Source: Candidatus Saccharimonadota bacterium (GTDB lineage Bacteria; Patescibacteriota; Microgenomatia; UBA1406; GWC2-37-13). Taken from it: a stretch of DNA of 32,000 nt. The notes below the pieces were generated by a model. The model did no database searches, was not told the DNA's origin, and was given only the letters and a program-made list of their open reading frames with translations. Numbering within the stretch: position 1 is the first letter of the stretch; each line of letters opens with the position of its first letter. Location: assembly GCA_016700135.1 (NCBI GenBank), contig CP065004.1, forward strand, positions 570,001-602,000, written 5' to 3'. Positions 7,823-15,647 of the stretch are shown piece after piece. Made by a program: the position numbers and the translations under genes.

Positions 7823-8998
7823 ATGTTCACCTTTGATATAACTGCCAGATTAGAAGGTACTAAAGCCCGATCAGGCATATTCCATACTCCTCACAGAGAG
7901 ATTCAGACACCTGAACTTGCTATTGTGGCAACTGAAGGAGAAATTCGTTCGGTCCCGAGGGAGCTGTGGAAGGATCTTCCGAACCAGTATTTTATCGTTA
8001 ACACATACCATACGCATACAAAAAAGCTTGTCGACACAATTCAAGCACAAGGCGGAGTGCACGGCTATATGGGGCTTGGAGATCGCGCATTCGCGACAGA
8101 TAGCGGAGGATTTCAAGTATTCTCGCTTGGTTTTGGTCAAAAGCACAATATCGGTAAGTTGGCTCGGGATTTTGCGCAAGATACTGCTTTTGCTGACGAT
8201 GATGAGAGTCCGCTTACAATTACCGAAGAAGGGGTATCATTTACTTTCGACGGTAAAGAAGTACGGTTGACCCCCGAATCCTCTATGGATATACAACACC
8301 AATTAGGAGCCGACATCATGTTTGCATTTGATGAGTGTACGTCGCCTCTTAATAGTGAAGAATATACCCGTCAATCTATGGAGCGAACGCATCGGTGGCT
8401 GAAAAGATGTATCAGTGCCCATCGTGAGCATGAAGAAAAGCAGGCATTATTCGGGATTGTACAGGGAGGAGAGTATCGATCGCTTCGTGAAGAATCCGCA
8501 CGGGTTGTGGGATCGATGGATGTCCCCGGATTCGGTTTGGGAGGAAGTCTGGGAAAATTCAAAGAAGACGTACATGCGATTCTCGACTGGATTATTCCTA
8601 TCCTGCCCGACGAGAAACCGCGTCACTTTTTGGGTATCGGACAGATACGTGACATTTTTGAAAGTGTTGAGCGAGGGGTTGATCTTTTTGATTGTGTCAT
8701 CCCGACAAGAGAAGCGAGACATCGTATGCTGTATACCGAACACGGAAGAGTTAGTATCAGAAAGATGCGGAATATTGATGAAGTCCCGGATAAAAACTGT
8801 TCCTGCTATGCATGCAAAAATGACAAAATTACCTATCCGAAACTGTGGGAACTTTTCCTTGCGCGGGATCCAAGGGCAGCTATGTATGCGACGATCCATA
8901 ATGTCTGGTTCTATGCTCAGTTGACCCAAAAGATACGGAATGCAATCGGGAATAAGACTTTTATAGATCTCAAAGAAGAAGTTTATAAGTATTATTAG
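7823..8998 (+). CDS. tgt: tRNA-guanine transglycosylase (queuine tRNA-ribosyltransferase)
   Basis: 'ATDSGGFQVFSL' holds the catalytic Asp motif and 'LGIGQIRDI' the nucleophile Asp region. The Zn site is 'CSCYACKN...IHN'. Length is 391 aa. Confidence 0.95.
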   Translation: MFTFDITARLEGTKARSGIFHTPHREIQTPELAIVATEGEIRSVPRELWKDLPNQYFIVNTYHTHTKKLVDTIQAQGGVHGYMGLGDRAFATDSGGFQVFSLGFGQKHNIGKLARDFAQDTAFADDDESPLTITEEGVSFTFDGKEVRLTPESSMDIQHQLGADIMFAFDECTSPLNSEEYTRQSMERTHRWLKRCISAHREHEEKQALFGIVQGGEYRSLREESARVVGSMDVPGFGLGGSLGKFKEDVHAILDWIIPILPDEKPRHFLGIGQIRDIFESVERGVDLFDCVIPTREARHRMLYTEHGRVSIRKMRNIDEVPDKNCSCYACKNDKITYPKLWELFLARDPRAAMYATIHNVWFYAQLTQKIRNAIGNKTFIDLKEEVYKYY

Positions 8999-9076
8999 AA
9001 CAAAGTAATCTTATAAAGTCTTCTTATTTCTTCTTCTGTATTTGGTCCAAGTAAAGGATAGGTAAGAAAGTATAGT

Positions 9077-9751
9077 TTATTGATCAAATTTCTTTAATTC
9101 ATTGATCCGTCGTTCCAAATCAGCACCTGCCTTTGTCAAATAACTTCCGATACATATAATATCCGGTTGATATGATTGTGAGGAAACGGTCGGTAGGGAA
9201 TTACTATTGACACCGCCATCGATCAGAATTTCGCCATTATAGCCCTGTGCTCTAAGCTGTTCTATTTTTTGGAGCATTTGGGGCAAAAAAGGTGACCCTT
9301 GAAAGCCGGGATTCACAGTCATAATTTGAATGCTGGGAACGTAGTCCAGATCATAATTGCGTGCCAAATTATCAATGCTGACATCGGGGAATACATCCAA
9401 GCCTATAGAAAAAGAGTAAGAGCTGTTCATCTCCCCAATGTTTACTTCATGTGAGGCATTGATGAGAACGGTATTCACCTGAATATTTTCTTCCTGAATT
9501 TTTACAATCTTTTCCAATTCCGCTTCATAATCTGAAACCATAAGATGAAAATCAAAGGTAATATTCGGAAAAATAGTTACCTGATTTGATGAAAATACGT
9601 CCAGCATTTCATTAATCTGGACTGTCGTATTGGGGACTAATTGTCCGTCTGCAATATCAAGCTGAATCCGGTCATAGTATCTCTGAAAAGTGTTCATCTG
9701 TGAAATGAATTCTTCAATGGTTGTGGTGAGAAGTGTGGGAACGGTTTTCAT
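9077..9751 (-). CDS. rpe: Ribulose-phosphate 3-epimerase family protein (divergent)
   Basis: 'FDFHLMV', 'IMTVNPGFQGSPFLP' and 'ILIDGGVN' align to Rpe motifs. The first metal-ligand motif reads 'IQLDIADG' (Gln) instead of 'HxDxxDG'. Confidence 0.7.
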   Translation of the reverse strand: MKTVPTLLTTTIEEFISQMNTFQRYYDRIQLDIADGQLVPNTTVQINEMLDVFSSNQVTIFPNITFDFHLMVSDYEAELEKIVKIQEENIQVNTVLINASHEVNIGEMNSSYSFSIGLDVFPDVSIDNLARNYDLDYVPSIQIMTVNPGFQGSPFLPQMLQKIEQLRAQGYNGEILIDGGVNSNSLPTVSSQSYQPDIICIGSYLTKAGADLERRINELKKFDQ

Positions 9752-9759
9752 ATGTATTT

Positions 9760-9768
9760 ATTATAGCA
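9760..9768 (-). promoter_or_regulatory. Extended -10 promoter TGCTATAAT, 8 nt upstream of rpe ATG 9751
   Basis: The minus strand reads gagctTGCTATAATaaatacatATG. Confidence 0.5.
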
Positions 9769-9796
9769 AGCTCGTACAACTTCGGAGAATGGCAGG

Positions 9797-9802
9797 TATA
9801 AT
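9797..9802 (+). promoter_or_regulatory. -10 box TATAAT, 5 nt upstream of ATG 9808 (leaderless-type)
   Basis: The plus strand reads ggcaggTATAATaccgtATG. The context is nearly identical to the PBP promoter (TATAATtaccgtATG). Confidence 0.5.
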
Positions 9803-9807
9803 ACCGT

Positions 9808-11145
9808 ATGACTAAACAAAATACCCTGAATGAATTGTCGGAGTTCATCAGTATAAGGTCCGTTTCAGCAGACAGGACTAAGCGACCTGAAATGCGCAAA
9901 GCAATCACTTTTTTAGTAAGAAAACTAAAAAAAATGGGTTTTTCTGTGGAAATCTTAAAAAGACAAGGGGCCCCGTCTGCAATTTTTGCTAAATACTCTA
10001 TACCAAATGCAAAAAAAACAGTCGGTATATACGGACATTATGATGTCCAGCCGGAAGACCCGGTCGAGGAATGGACTGTCAGGCCGTTTGCGCTCAGCAG
10101 ACAAAGCGGAAAGTTGTTCGGAAGAGGTGTGGCAGACAATAAAGGCCACATTATTCAAAATCTTGCAGCCGTTGATTATCTTATCAGTTCGGAAAGCCTT
10201 AAATCAAATATTATTTTCTTCATTGAAGGTGAAGAAGAGTGCGGCAGTGAAAGTTTTTATTCATATATACAGGAAAAGGAACGGGAGCTCAGCTCTCTGG
10301 ATGTTTTTTTCATAACGGATGTCGGGATGCATGCTAAATCGGTACCTCAGATTATTTATGCTTTGCGCGGACTGGTATATTTTGAACTCGAGATACGGAT
10401 AGGGAAGCGGGATCTTCACTCCGGGGTATACGGGAATGCAGTTTTGAATCCGGTACAAGTGCTTGCTGAGCTGTTGGCAAAAATGAAAGATACTAAGACA
10501 GGAGAAGTTCATATTCCCGGCTTCTATGATGATGTCCGTGCGCTAAATTCGGCTGAAATGAGGCTTCTGATGAAAGGAACGGTCGATGATAAAACATTCA
10601 GGAAAGAAGCGGGGACATTCACTGTTACGTCGATGAGAAATGTTCCTTCATTCCTGGCACCAAAAATATTTCCTTCTCTCGATGTGCACGGTATACAGTC
10701 AGGATTTACCGGGGAAGGTCCCAAAACAGTGATTCCTCATCGAGCCAGGGTGAAATTTTCCTGCCGTCTGGTAGAGTTCCAGAACGTTAAGAACACTGAA
10801 AAGCAGATCCGTCAATTTATCGAAACGAATCTTCCTGCAGGCGTCCAGTATGCATTGCAGACTTTTTCGTACGATGATCCTTTTTACACTTCAGTTGACG
10901 ATCCCTATATCAAGAAAACAGCAGAAATTCTCACTGTCCATTTCGGTCATGATACTGTTTTGATGAGAGAAGGAGGCTCAGTTCCTGCCGCTGAAATGAT
11001 GCAGAGGCTTTTTAAAACACCGGTTATCCTTACCGGTTTTGTGTTGCCGGACAGCAATCTCCATGCACCTGATGAAAATTTTGATGAAGAAATGTTTTTC
11101 GAAGGGATAGAAGCCTTAAAAAAAATATACGGAAGTATTGTTTAA
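9808..11145 (+). CDS. M20 family metallopeptidase (dipeptidase / ArgE-DapE-like)
   Basis: Metal-ligand motifs 'GIYGHYDVQP', 'GRGVADNKG' and 'EGEEECGS' are present. Length is 445 aa. Confidence 0.85.
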   Translation: MTKQNTLNELSEFISIRSVSADRTKRPEMRKAITFLVRKLKKMGFSVEILKRQGAPSAIFAKYSIPNAKKTVGIYGHYDVQPEDPVEEWTVRPFALSRQSGKLFGRGVADNKGHIIQNLAAVDYLISSESLKSNIIFFIEGEEECGSESFYSYIQEKERELSSLDVFFITDVGMHAKSVPQIIYALRGLVYFELEIRIGKRDLHSGVYGNAVLNPVQVLAELLAKMKDTKTGEVHIPGFYDDVRALNSAEMRLLMKGTVDDKTFRKEAGTFTVTSMRNVPSFLAPKIFPSLDVHGIQSGFTGEGPKTVIPHRARVKFSCRLVEFQNVKNTEKQIRQFIETNLPAGVQYALQTFSYDDPFYTSVDDPYIKKTAEILTVHFGHDTVLMREGGSVPAAEMMQRLFKTPVILTGFVLPDSNLHAPDENFDEEMFFEGIEALKKIYGSIV

Positions 11146-11183
11146 TATGCAGCTCCCTGAAAACCTTCACACTGTGATAAAGC

Positions 11184-11438
11184 TCATTTCAGGTATTCTT
11201 CGTTACATTCTTTCGACTCATTGTTCGGTTCGCAGTTGACCCATGCATTGGCCGGGCAGCGCCAGTCATTATCCATTGCCTGCTGCATGACATCTTTGTT
11301 GCTAACTTCTTCCTGAGGGGCGACTACCGTTTTACTTCGAAAAAAGAGAACGATAATTATGATAATAAGAAGGAAGAGAATGCCCAGAATATATTTTATG
11401 CGATCATACTTTTTTATGCTGTGGTGTATATGTTTCAT
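11184..11438 (-). CDS. Small single-pass membrane protein with Cys-containing ectodomain (84 aa)
   Basis: The TM segment is 'ILGILFLLIIIIIVLFF'. It starts 3 nt after the gpmA stop, and an AAGGAAAGG purine run lies 8 nt upstream. I recognise no homology. Confidence 0.45.
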   Translation of the reverse strand: MKHIHHSIKKYDRIKYILGILFLLIIIIIVLFFRSKTVVAPQEEVSNKDVMQQAMDNDWRCPANAWVNCEPNNESKECNEEYLK

Positions 11439-11441
11439 AGG

Positions 11442-12074
11442 TTAAACCTTTCCTTTTTTCGGATTGGATGATCGGATTTGTTTTTCTGTGATTTTTGCCT
11501 GATCATCCATTTGATACACATAGACTTCACCGGTACCGATTTCCAGTCCGGCAATTTCATTGTCAGGTATGTCTTCAAGATATTTCACGAGCGCTCTCAA
11601 ACTGTTCCCGCTTGCTGAGACAAGGATGTTTTTGCCGGACTTCAGTTCGGGTTCGATATGTTCTTTGTAATAAGGGAGCAGGCGTTCATATACATCTTTG
11701 AGTGATTCACCGTTCGGGATAGGTTCATCCCAACCCCGACGCCATTTTGTAAACTGTTCTTCACCATATTCTTCTTTGACCACCCACTTATTCTTTCCGG
11801 CAAGATCTCCATAGTTGCGTTCGCGTACTGCAGGAGTGATCACCGTCTCCATTTCGGACTTTCCCAACGCTTTCAAAATTGTTTTTGTTGTCTCTTTGGT
11901 TCTTTGAAGGTCTGCAGTATAGGCTTTATCAAGGGGGATGTCCTGTATAGATTCGGCCGCTTTTTTCGCTTCTTCATACCCTTCCGGGGAAAGTTCAGGA
12001 TCTTTCCATCCGGTCCAAAGGCCTAATTTGTTCCATTCCGAAATACCGTGACGAACGAGCACTAAGTATGACAT
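11442..12074 (-). CDS. gpmA: 2,3-bisphosphoglycerate-dependent phosphoglycerate mutase-like histidine phosphatase (short form)
   Basis: 'LVLVRHGISEWNKLGLWTGW', 'ERNYGDLAGKNK', 'FTKWRRGW' and 'GNSLRALVKYLE' align to dPGM. The normally invariant second His ('AAHGNSLRAL') is Ser here ('SASGNSLRAL', codon 11610-11612). Confidence 0.85.
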   Translation of the reverse strand: MSYLVLVRHGISEWNKLGLWTGWKDPELSPEGYEEAKKAAESIQDIPLDKAYTADLQRTKETTKTILKALGKSEMETVITPAVRERNYGDLAGKNKWVVKEEYGEEQFTKWRRGWDEPIPNGESLKDVYERLLPYYKEHIEPELKSGKNILVSASGNSLRALVKYLEDIPDNEIAGLEIGTGEVYVYQMDDQAKITEKQIRSSNPKKGKV

Positions 12075-12081
12075 ATCCTTA

Positions 12082-12087
12082 AGTATA
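12082..12087 (-). promoter_or_regulatory. -10 box TATACT, 7 nt upstream of gpmA ATG 12074
   Basis: The minus strand reads gatgTATACTtaaggatATG. The AAGGA lies only 1 nt from the ATG, which is too close for a typical SD. Confidence 0.4.
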
Positions 12088-12115
12088 CATCATCGGAAAA
12101 AGAGTATAAAGATAT

Positions 12116-13624
12116 TTACGGAGTCGGAGTATTCGTCGGGGTGTTGGTCGGAGTCGGCGTGTATGTCGGAGTCGGTGTGGAAGTCGGACATACTGCTGAG
12201 CCTGTTGACCAGGATGACACATGGTTCGTTTCGCCGTAGCCGTCTTCAGCACGGACCCGACAGGTAATAGGCATTCCGTCTCCCGGCATTGCCGCATTGT
12301 AACAGGGAAGATTCTGATAATGGTCGGTTGTGGTGGTATTACAGTACCAGAATGAGGTGCTGTTGAAAGCTCCATCATCAGTACACTGGAGGAAATAATG
12401 ATCAAATTTATTGCTACATCTTGGATCTTTCTGGTAGTCAAAGTCCCATATCCATGAAGTACAGCTATTACCCTGGACATAATCGATATTACAATCAGGG
12501 TCATCTCCGGTGATTCTGGGGCAAGAGGAACTGCTATATATCCAGTCTGTTGCATTCTCTGAACCTCCGTCTTCAGTCTCAGCGCGTACTCGACAGAATA
12601 CAGATTGACCGGGTGCCGGTGACGGAGCTGTCGCACAGGGAAGTGATAGTTGATTGGTTGTCATGGTCTCATTACAGTACCAGGTTGCAGGATCACTTGA
12701 TCCCCAGCTGGTACTTTTACACTGAACAAAATACTTAGTATAAGTGTCTTCGCATGTCTGGCTTTGTGTCAAAACATCATTCCAGATCCATGAGGAACAG
12801 CTGTTCGGCTGAAGGTAGCTCAATGAACAGGCATTTTTTGTCGCTGCACTTACCGGTGTTGCTGTGGGTGAAGTGGAGGGAGCCGCCGTCGGAGAAGTAT
12901 TTGCACCGATCAGACATTTGACATAATCCTGAGTTGTGCACTGGGTGCCCAATGATTTCAAAATAGAAGTACAATCCGTCGTTGCCTGACAGCTTGAGCC
13001 AGTTGTCGGAGGATAGGTTGTGATACTTCCTGACGGTGTTGCTTCAGGAGTCGGATAATAAGTCACTGATCCTGAAGGTGAAGCGGTCATAGTTGGTGTC
13101 GGTACAATTGAGGGAGACGAGGTGGCCGTCTTTGTCGGAGACAATGTTGCAGAACCTGTTCCGACTTCAATAGACGGAAGGGGAACGTCGGGATCTACTT
13201 CCGTTCCTTCTCCTGCCGGAGTGGTAAAGGTCCACGGTGAACCGCCGTCATCATATACATTTTCTCCGCTTCGGATACGGAAGTAATACGTTGTATTGGG
13301 TTGAAGTCCGCCGATTTGTATTGTATGTTCGGTTGCTTCCAGATCACCGAAGGAGACTTCTGTCATAGCATCCGGAGAAGTCCCGTACTCTACAACAGCG
13401 ATTGTTTCCTTGCCTGTTTGAAAAGTGACTTGCGCACTCTGACTGTCTACCGGTGAAGCGCTTACGTTTGAAGGAGCTTCTTCATTTGCTTCTGTTGCCG
13501 TGCCCTGAATCAGAAAAAAGGTCATAATAATAATTGCCAATAAGAGAGGAATCCCGACGGAAGCGGCGATAAGCATGATCTTTCGTTGAGATAGTTTATT
13601 TTTTAGTACGGTTGCAACTGGCAT
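12116..13624 (-). CDS. Membrane-anchored surface protein: FN3-like domain, Pro/Thr/Ser linkers, 4-Cys motif and two tandem ~102-aa 8-Cys modules
   Basis: The signal anchor is 'IMLIAASVGIPLLLAIIIMTFFLI'. The FN3-like stretch is 'VTFQTGKETIAVVEYGTSPD...LQPNTTYYFRI'. Repeats C266-C368 and C378-C479 have superimposable Cys spacing. The tail is 'TPTPTYTPTPTNTPTNTPTP'. Confidence 0.8.
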   Translation of the reverse strand: MPVATVLKNKLSQRKIMLIAASVGIPLLLAIIIMTFFLIQGTATEANEEAPSNVSASPVDSQSAQVTFQTGKETIAVVEYGTSPDAMTEVSFGDLEATEHTIQIGGLQPNTTYYFRIRSGENVYDDGGSPWTFTTPAGEGTEVDPDVPLPSIEVGTGSATLSPTKTATSSPSIVPTPTMTASPSGSVTYYPTPEATPSGSITTYPPTTGSSCQATTDCTSILKSLGTQCTTQDYVKCLIGANTSPTAAPSTSPTATPVSAATKNACSLSYLQPNSCSSWIWNDVLTQSQTCEDTYTKYFVQCKSTSWGSSDPATWYCNETMTTNQLSLPCATAPSPAPGQSVFCRVRAETEDGGSENATDWIYSSSSCPRITGDDPDCNIDYVQGNSCTSWIWDFDYQKDPRCSNKFDHYFLQCTDDGAFNSTSFWYCNTTTTDHYQNLPCYNAAMPGDGMPITCRVRAEDGYGETNHVSSWSTGSAVCPTSTPTPTYTPTPTNTPTNTPTP

Positions 13625-13626
13625 AA

Positions 13627-14235
13627 TTATTTTGTTTTAAGCTTAGTCATCAGTTTGCGGTATCTCATAAACAATACTGCTGTCAGAATAATCATCAACA
13701 GTGATACGATAACGTATCCCCAAGTCGGCTGCACTCCGTTGCCCACTGAGACTCCCAAGACTTCCTGACGATCATTAATTACTACGGAAGTGGAATGTGA
13801 ACGGGTACTGGTACAGTTGATAATATTTGAAAGCTCTTCATCATTACGGATAATTTGTGATGTTTGAGACATAAAAGGAACGCAGTCAAAACGCAGTTCA
13901 GTAGAGCCTTCCTTTTGAGCCTGAAAGTATATGGTCGCGATTTTCCCGTTTGTAACCTGTTTCAGATCAGCAGACGGATTGATTGCATATATATATAAAC
14001 TTCCCGGTTGAATAACTTTTGCATCCACACTTTGGAATAATTCACCCTTTTTCAGTTCAGGGTTCTGCGGAGATGCAATACTCAGGATAGAGGGATCATA
14101 TGAGATATAAATATCAGTTGAAATTACCGGGTCCGCTCCACTGTAAATCATCACATCCACGGGGATTATATCGCCTGCAGAAGCCGAAATGTTTACCGGT
14201 TCAAAAGAAAAGGAGGCAATTGCTGATTGTGACAT
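13627..14235 (-). CDS. Cohesin-like domain protein with C-terminal TM anchor and basic tail, no N-terminal signal peptide
   Basis: The cohesin-like pattern is 'FEPVNISASAGDIIPVDVMIYSGADPVISTDIYISYDPSILSI ... GKIATIYFQAQKEGSTELRF'. The C-terminus is 'VQPTWGYVIVSLLMIILTAVLFMRYRKLMTKLKTK'. The stop lies 2 nt before the start of the next gene. Confidence 0.7.
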   Translation of the reverse strand: MSQSAIASFSFEPVNISASAGDIIPVDVMIYSGADPVISTDIYISYDPSILSIASPQNPELKKGELFQSVDAKVIQPGSLYIYAINPSADLKQVTNGKIATIYFQAQKEGSTELRFDCVPFMSQTSQIIRNDEELSNIINCTSTRSHSTSVVINDRQEVLGVSVGNGVQPTWGYVIVSLLMIILTAVLFMRYRKLMTKLKTK

Positions 14236-14241
14236 ATTATT

Positions 14242-14247
14242 ATTTTA
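14242..14247 (-). promoter_or_regulatory. -10 box TAAAAT, 6 nt upstream of ATG 14235
   Basis: The minus strand reads ccgagTAAAATaataatATG. Confidence 0.35.
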
Positions 14248-14332
14248 CTCGGATACGTGGGAAGGATGCAAGGGATACTTTTCATGAATCTTATCATGAA
14301 GCCTCCAATCCCCATTTCTTCAATCCTTTAGT

Positions 14333-15586
14333 TCAGAACCCATTCTCAATCTCAACCAGTCGGTTGTACTTTGCCAGTCTTTCACTTCGTGACATTGAAC
14401 CGGTTTTTATAAACTCAGCTCCTGCTCCGTAAGCAAGATCCGCAATAAACGTATCTTCCGTTTCTCCTGATCGATGTGAAACAGCGACGTTCCATCCTGC
14501 CGCTTGAGTCATCTGAATGGCATCTATAGTTTCAGAGACCGAGCCAATTTGGTTGAGTTTGATAAGGACTGCATTTGAAGCCCCTTCGTCTATACCTTTT
14601 TGAATCCGTTTAGGATTTGTGACGAAGAGATCGTCTCCGACCACCTGAAATTGGAACTTTTCAGCCAATTCCGTAAATTTTGTAAAGGCGCTCCAATCAT
14701 CTTCGGCAAACGGGTCTTCAAATGACTGAATATTGTATTTCTGGCCGATCTCCTGATAATAAACGACCATTTCTTCTGATGATTTGGTTTGATTATTCTT
14801 TTTTAAGACATATGAGCCGTTTTCATAAAATTCCGTTGCGGCACAATCAACAGCAAACTCGAAATCTTTGTTGCGGGAGTATCCGAGGTTTTTAGCCGCT
14901 TCTTCGATGGTTTCAAAAACTTCTTCGTTGGATGATAATGCAGGAGAATACCCGCCTTCATCACCGACAAGTGTTGACAGTTTTCGCTTTTTAAGTACAT
15001 TTCCGAGCTCCGCGAAGATTTCAGCTGCAAGTCGTACGGATGCAGTCGGTTTATTGGAAATAGGCATCACCATAAATTCCTGAATATCGAAGTTCCATCC
15101 GGCGTGTTTGCCTCCGTTGACAACATTCACCATGAGTCTCGGGAAAGAAGGTTCAATCGTGTGATCACCTATAAAGTAGTAAGTATTGATAAACTTCCAA
15201 AGCGGCATATCTGCAGCATATGCTGCAGCCCGATGAAGAGCGAGAGAAACGGATAAAATTGCATTTGCTCCCAATTTTGATTTGTTTTCAGACCCATCCA
15301 TTTTGAGCATTATTTCATCCAGTTTTCTCGGATCAGCAATCTCCTGACCGACGAGCGTTTTTGCAATTTGGGAATTTACATTTTGTACTGCTTTTTGCAC
15401 TCCCTGACCAAGGAATTTTGAAGTATCACCATCGCGGAGCTCAAGGGCTTCATGTGTCCCTGTCGAAGCTCCAGAAGGAACTGATGCTTTGTGAACAGAA
15501 CCGTCATCCAAAGTTACAAATGCGCGAATGGTTGGTTTACCGCGAGAATCGAGTATCTCGAGGGCTTTGATTTCCTTGATTTTCAT
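14333..15586 (-). CDS. eno: Enolase (phosphopyruvate hydratase)
   Basis: 'ILDSRGKPTI', 'SVPSGASTGTHEALELRDGD' and 'SHRSGETEDTFIADLA' are present. Length is 417 aa. Confidence 0.97.
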   Translation of the reverse strand: MKIKEIKALEILDSRGKPTIRAFVTLDDGSVHKASVPSGASTGTHEALELRDGDTSKFLGQGVQKAVQNVNSQIAKTLVGQEIADPRKLDEIMLKMDGSENKSKLGANAILSVSLALHRAAAYAADMPLWKFINTYYFIGDHTIEPSFPRLMVNVVNGGKHAGWNFDIQEFMVMPISNKPTASVRLAAEIFAELGNVLKKRKLSTLVGDEGGYSPALSSNEEVFETIEEAAKNLGYSRNKDFEFAVDCAATEFYENGSYVLKKNNQTKSSEEMVVYYQEIGQKYNIQSFEDPFAEDDWSAFTKFTELAEKFQFQVVGDDLFVTNPKRIQKGIDEGASNAVLIKLNQIGSVSETIDAIQMTQAAGWNVAVSHRSGETEDTFIADLAYGAGAEFIKTGSMSRSERLAKYNRLVEIENGF

Positions 15587-15595
15587 AATGCTATC

Positions 15596-15604
15596 ATAAT
15601 ATCA
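15596..15604 (-). promoter_or_regulatory. Extended -10 promoter TGATATTAT, 9 nt upstream of eno ATG 15586
   Basis: The minus strand reads cttgTGATATTATgatagcattATG. Confidence 0.45.
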
Positions 15605-15629
15605 CAAGCTCAAGGAAATGTAAGACTGA

Positions 15630-15638
15630 TGTTATAAT
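15630..15638 (+). promoter_or_regulatory. Extended -10 promoter TGTTATAAT, 9 nt upstream of ATG 15648
   Basis: The plus strand reads gacTGATGTTATAATggatgatctATG. Confidence 0.5.
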
Positions 15639-15647
15639 GGATGATCT

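Noticed and set aside
8415-8929. Two long alternative-frame ORFs lie inside tgt: 169 aa on the + strand and 160 aa on the - strand, over the same ~500 nt. I considered them as overprinted genes.
   Set aside because: Both translations are compositionally odd and have no recognisable motifs, start-proximal -10 box or SD. The tgt frame is unambiguously conserved across the whole region. Stop-free alternative frames are a known by-product of codon bias. They would only be worth revisiting if ribosome profiling or conservation of the alternative frames were shown.
12079-12636. A 185-aa same-strand ORF overlaps the 3' end of the Cys-repeat surface gene.
   Set aside because: It is an out-of-frame reading of a repetitive Cys/Pro/Thr-coding region. 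The Arg/Pro-rich product looks like frame-shifted low complexity, and the main frame shows a coherent 8-Cys repeat structure.
14262-14281. A hairpin TTCATGA-atctta-TCATGAA lies downstream of the eno stop.
   Set aside because: The stem is AT-rich and only 7 bp, and no U-tract follows on the minus strand. It is not distinguishable from chance in AT-rich DNA.
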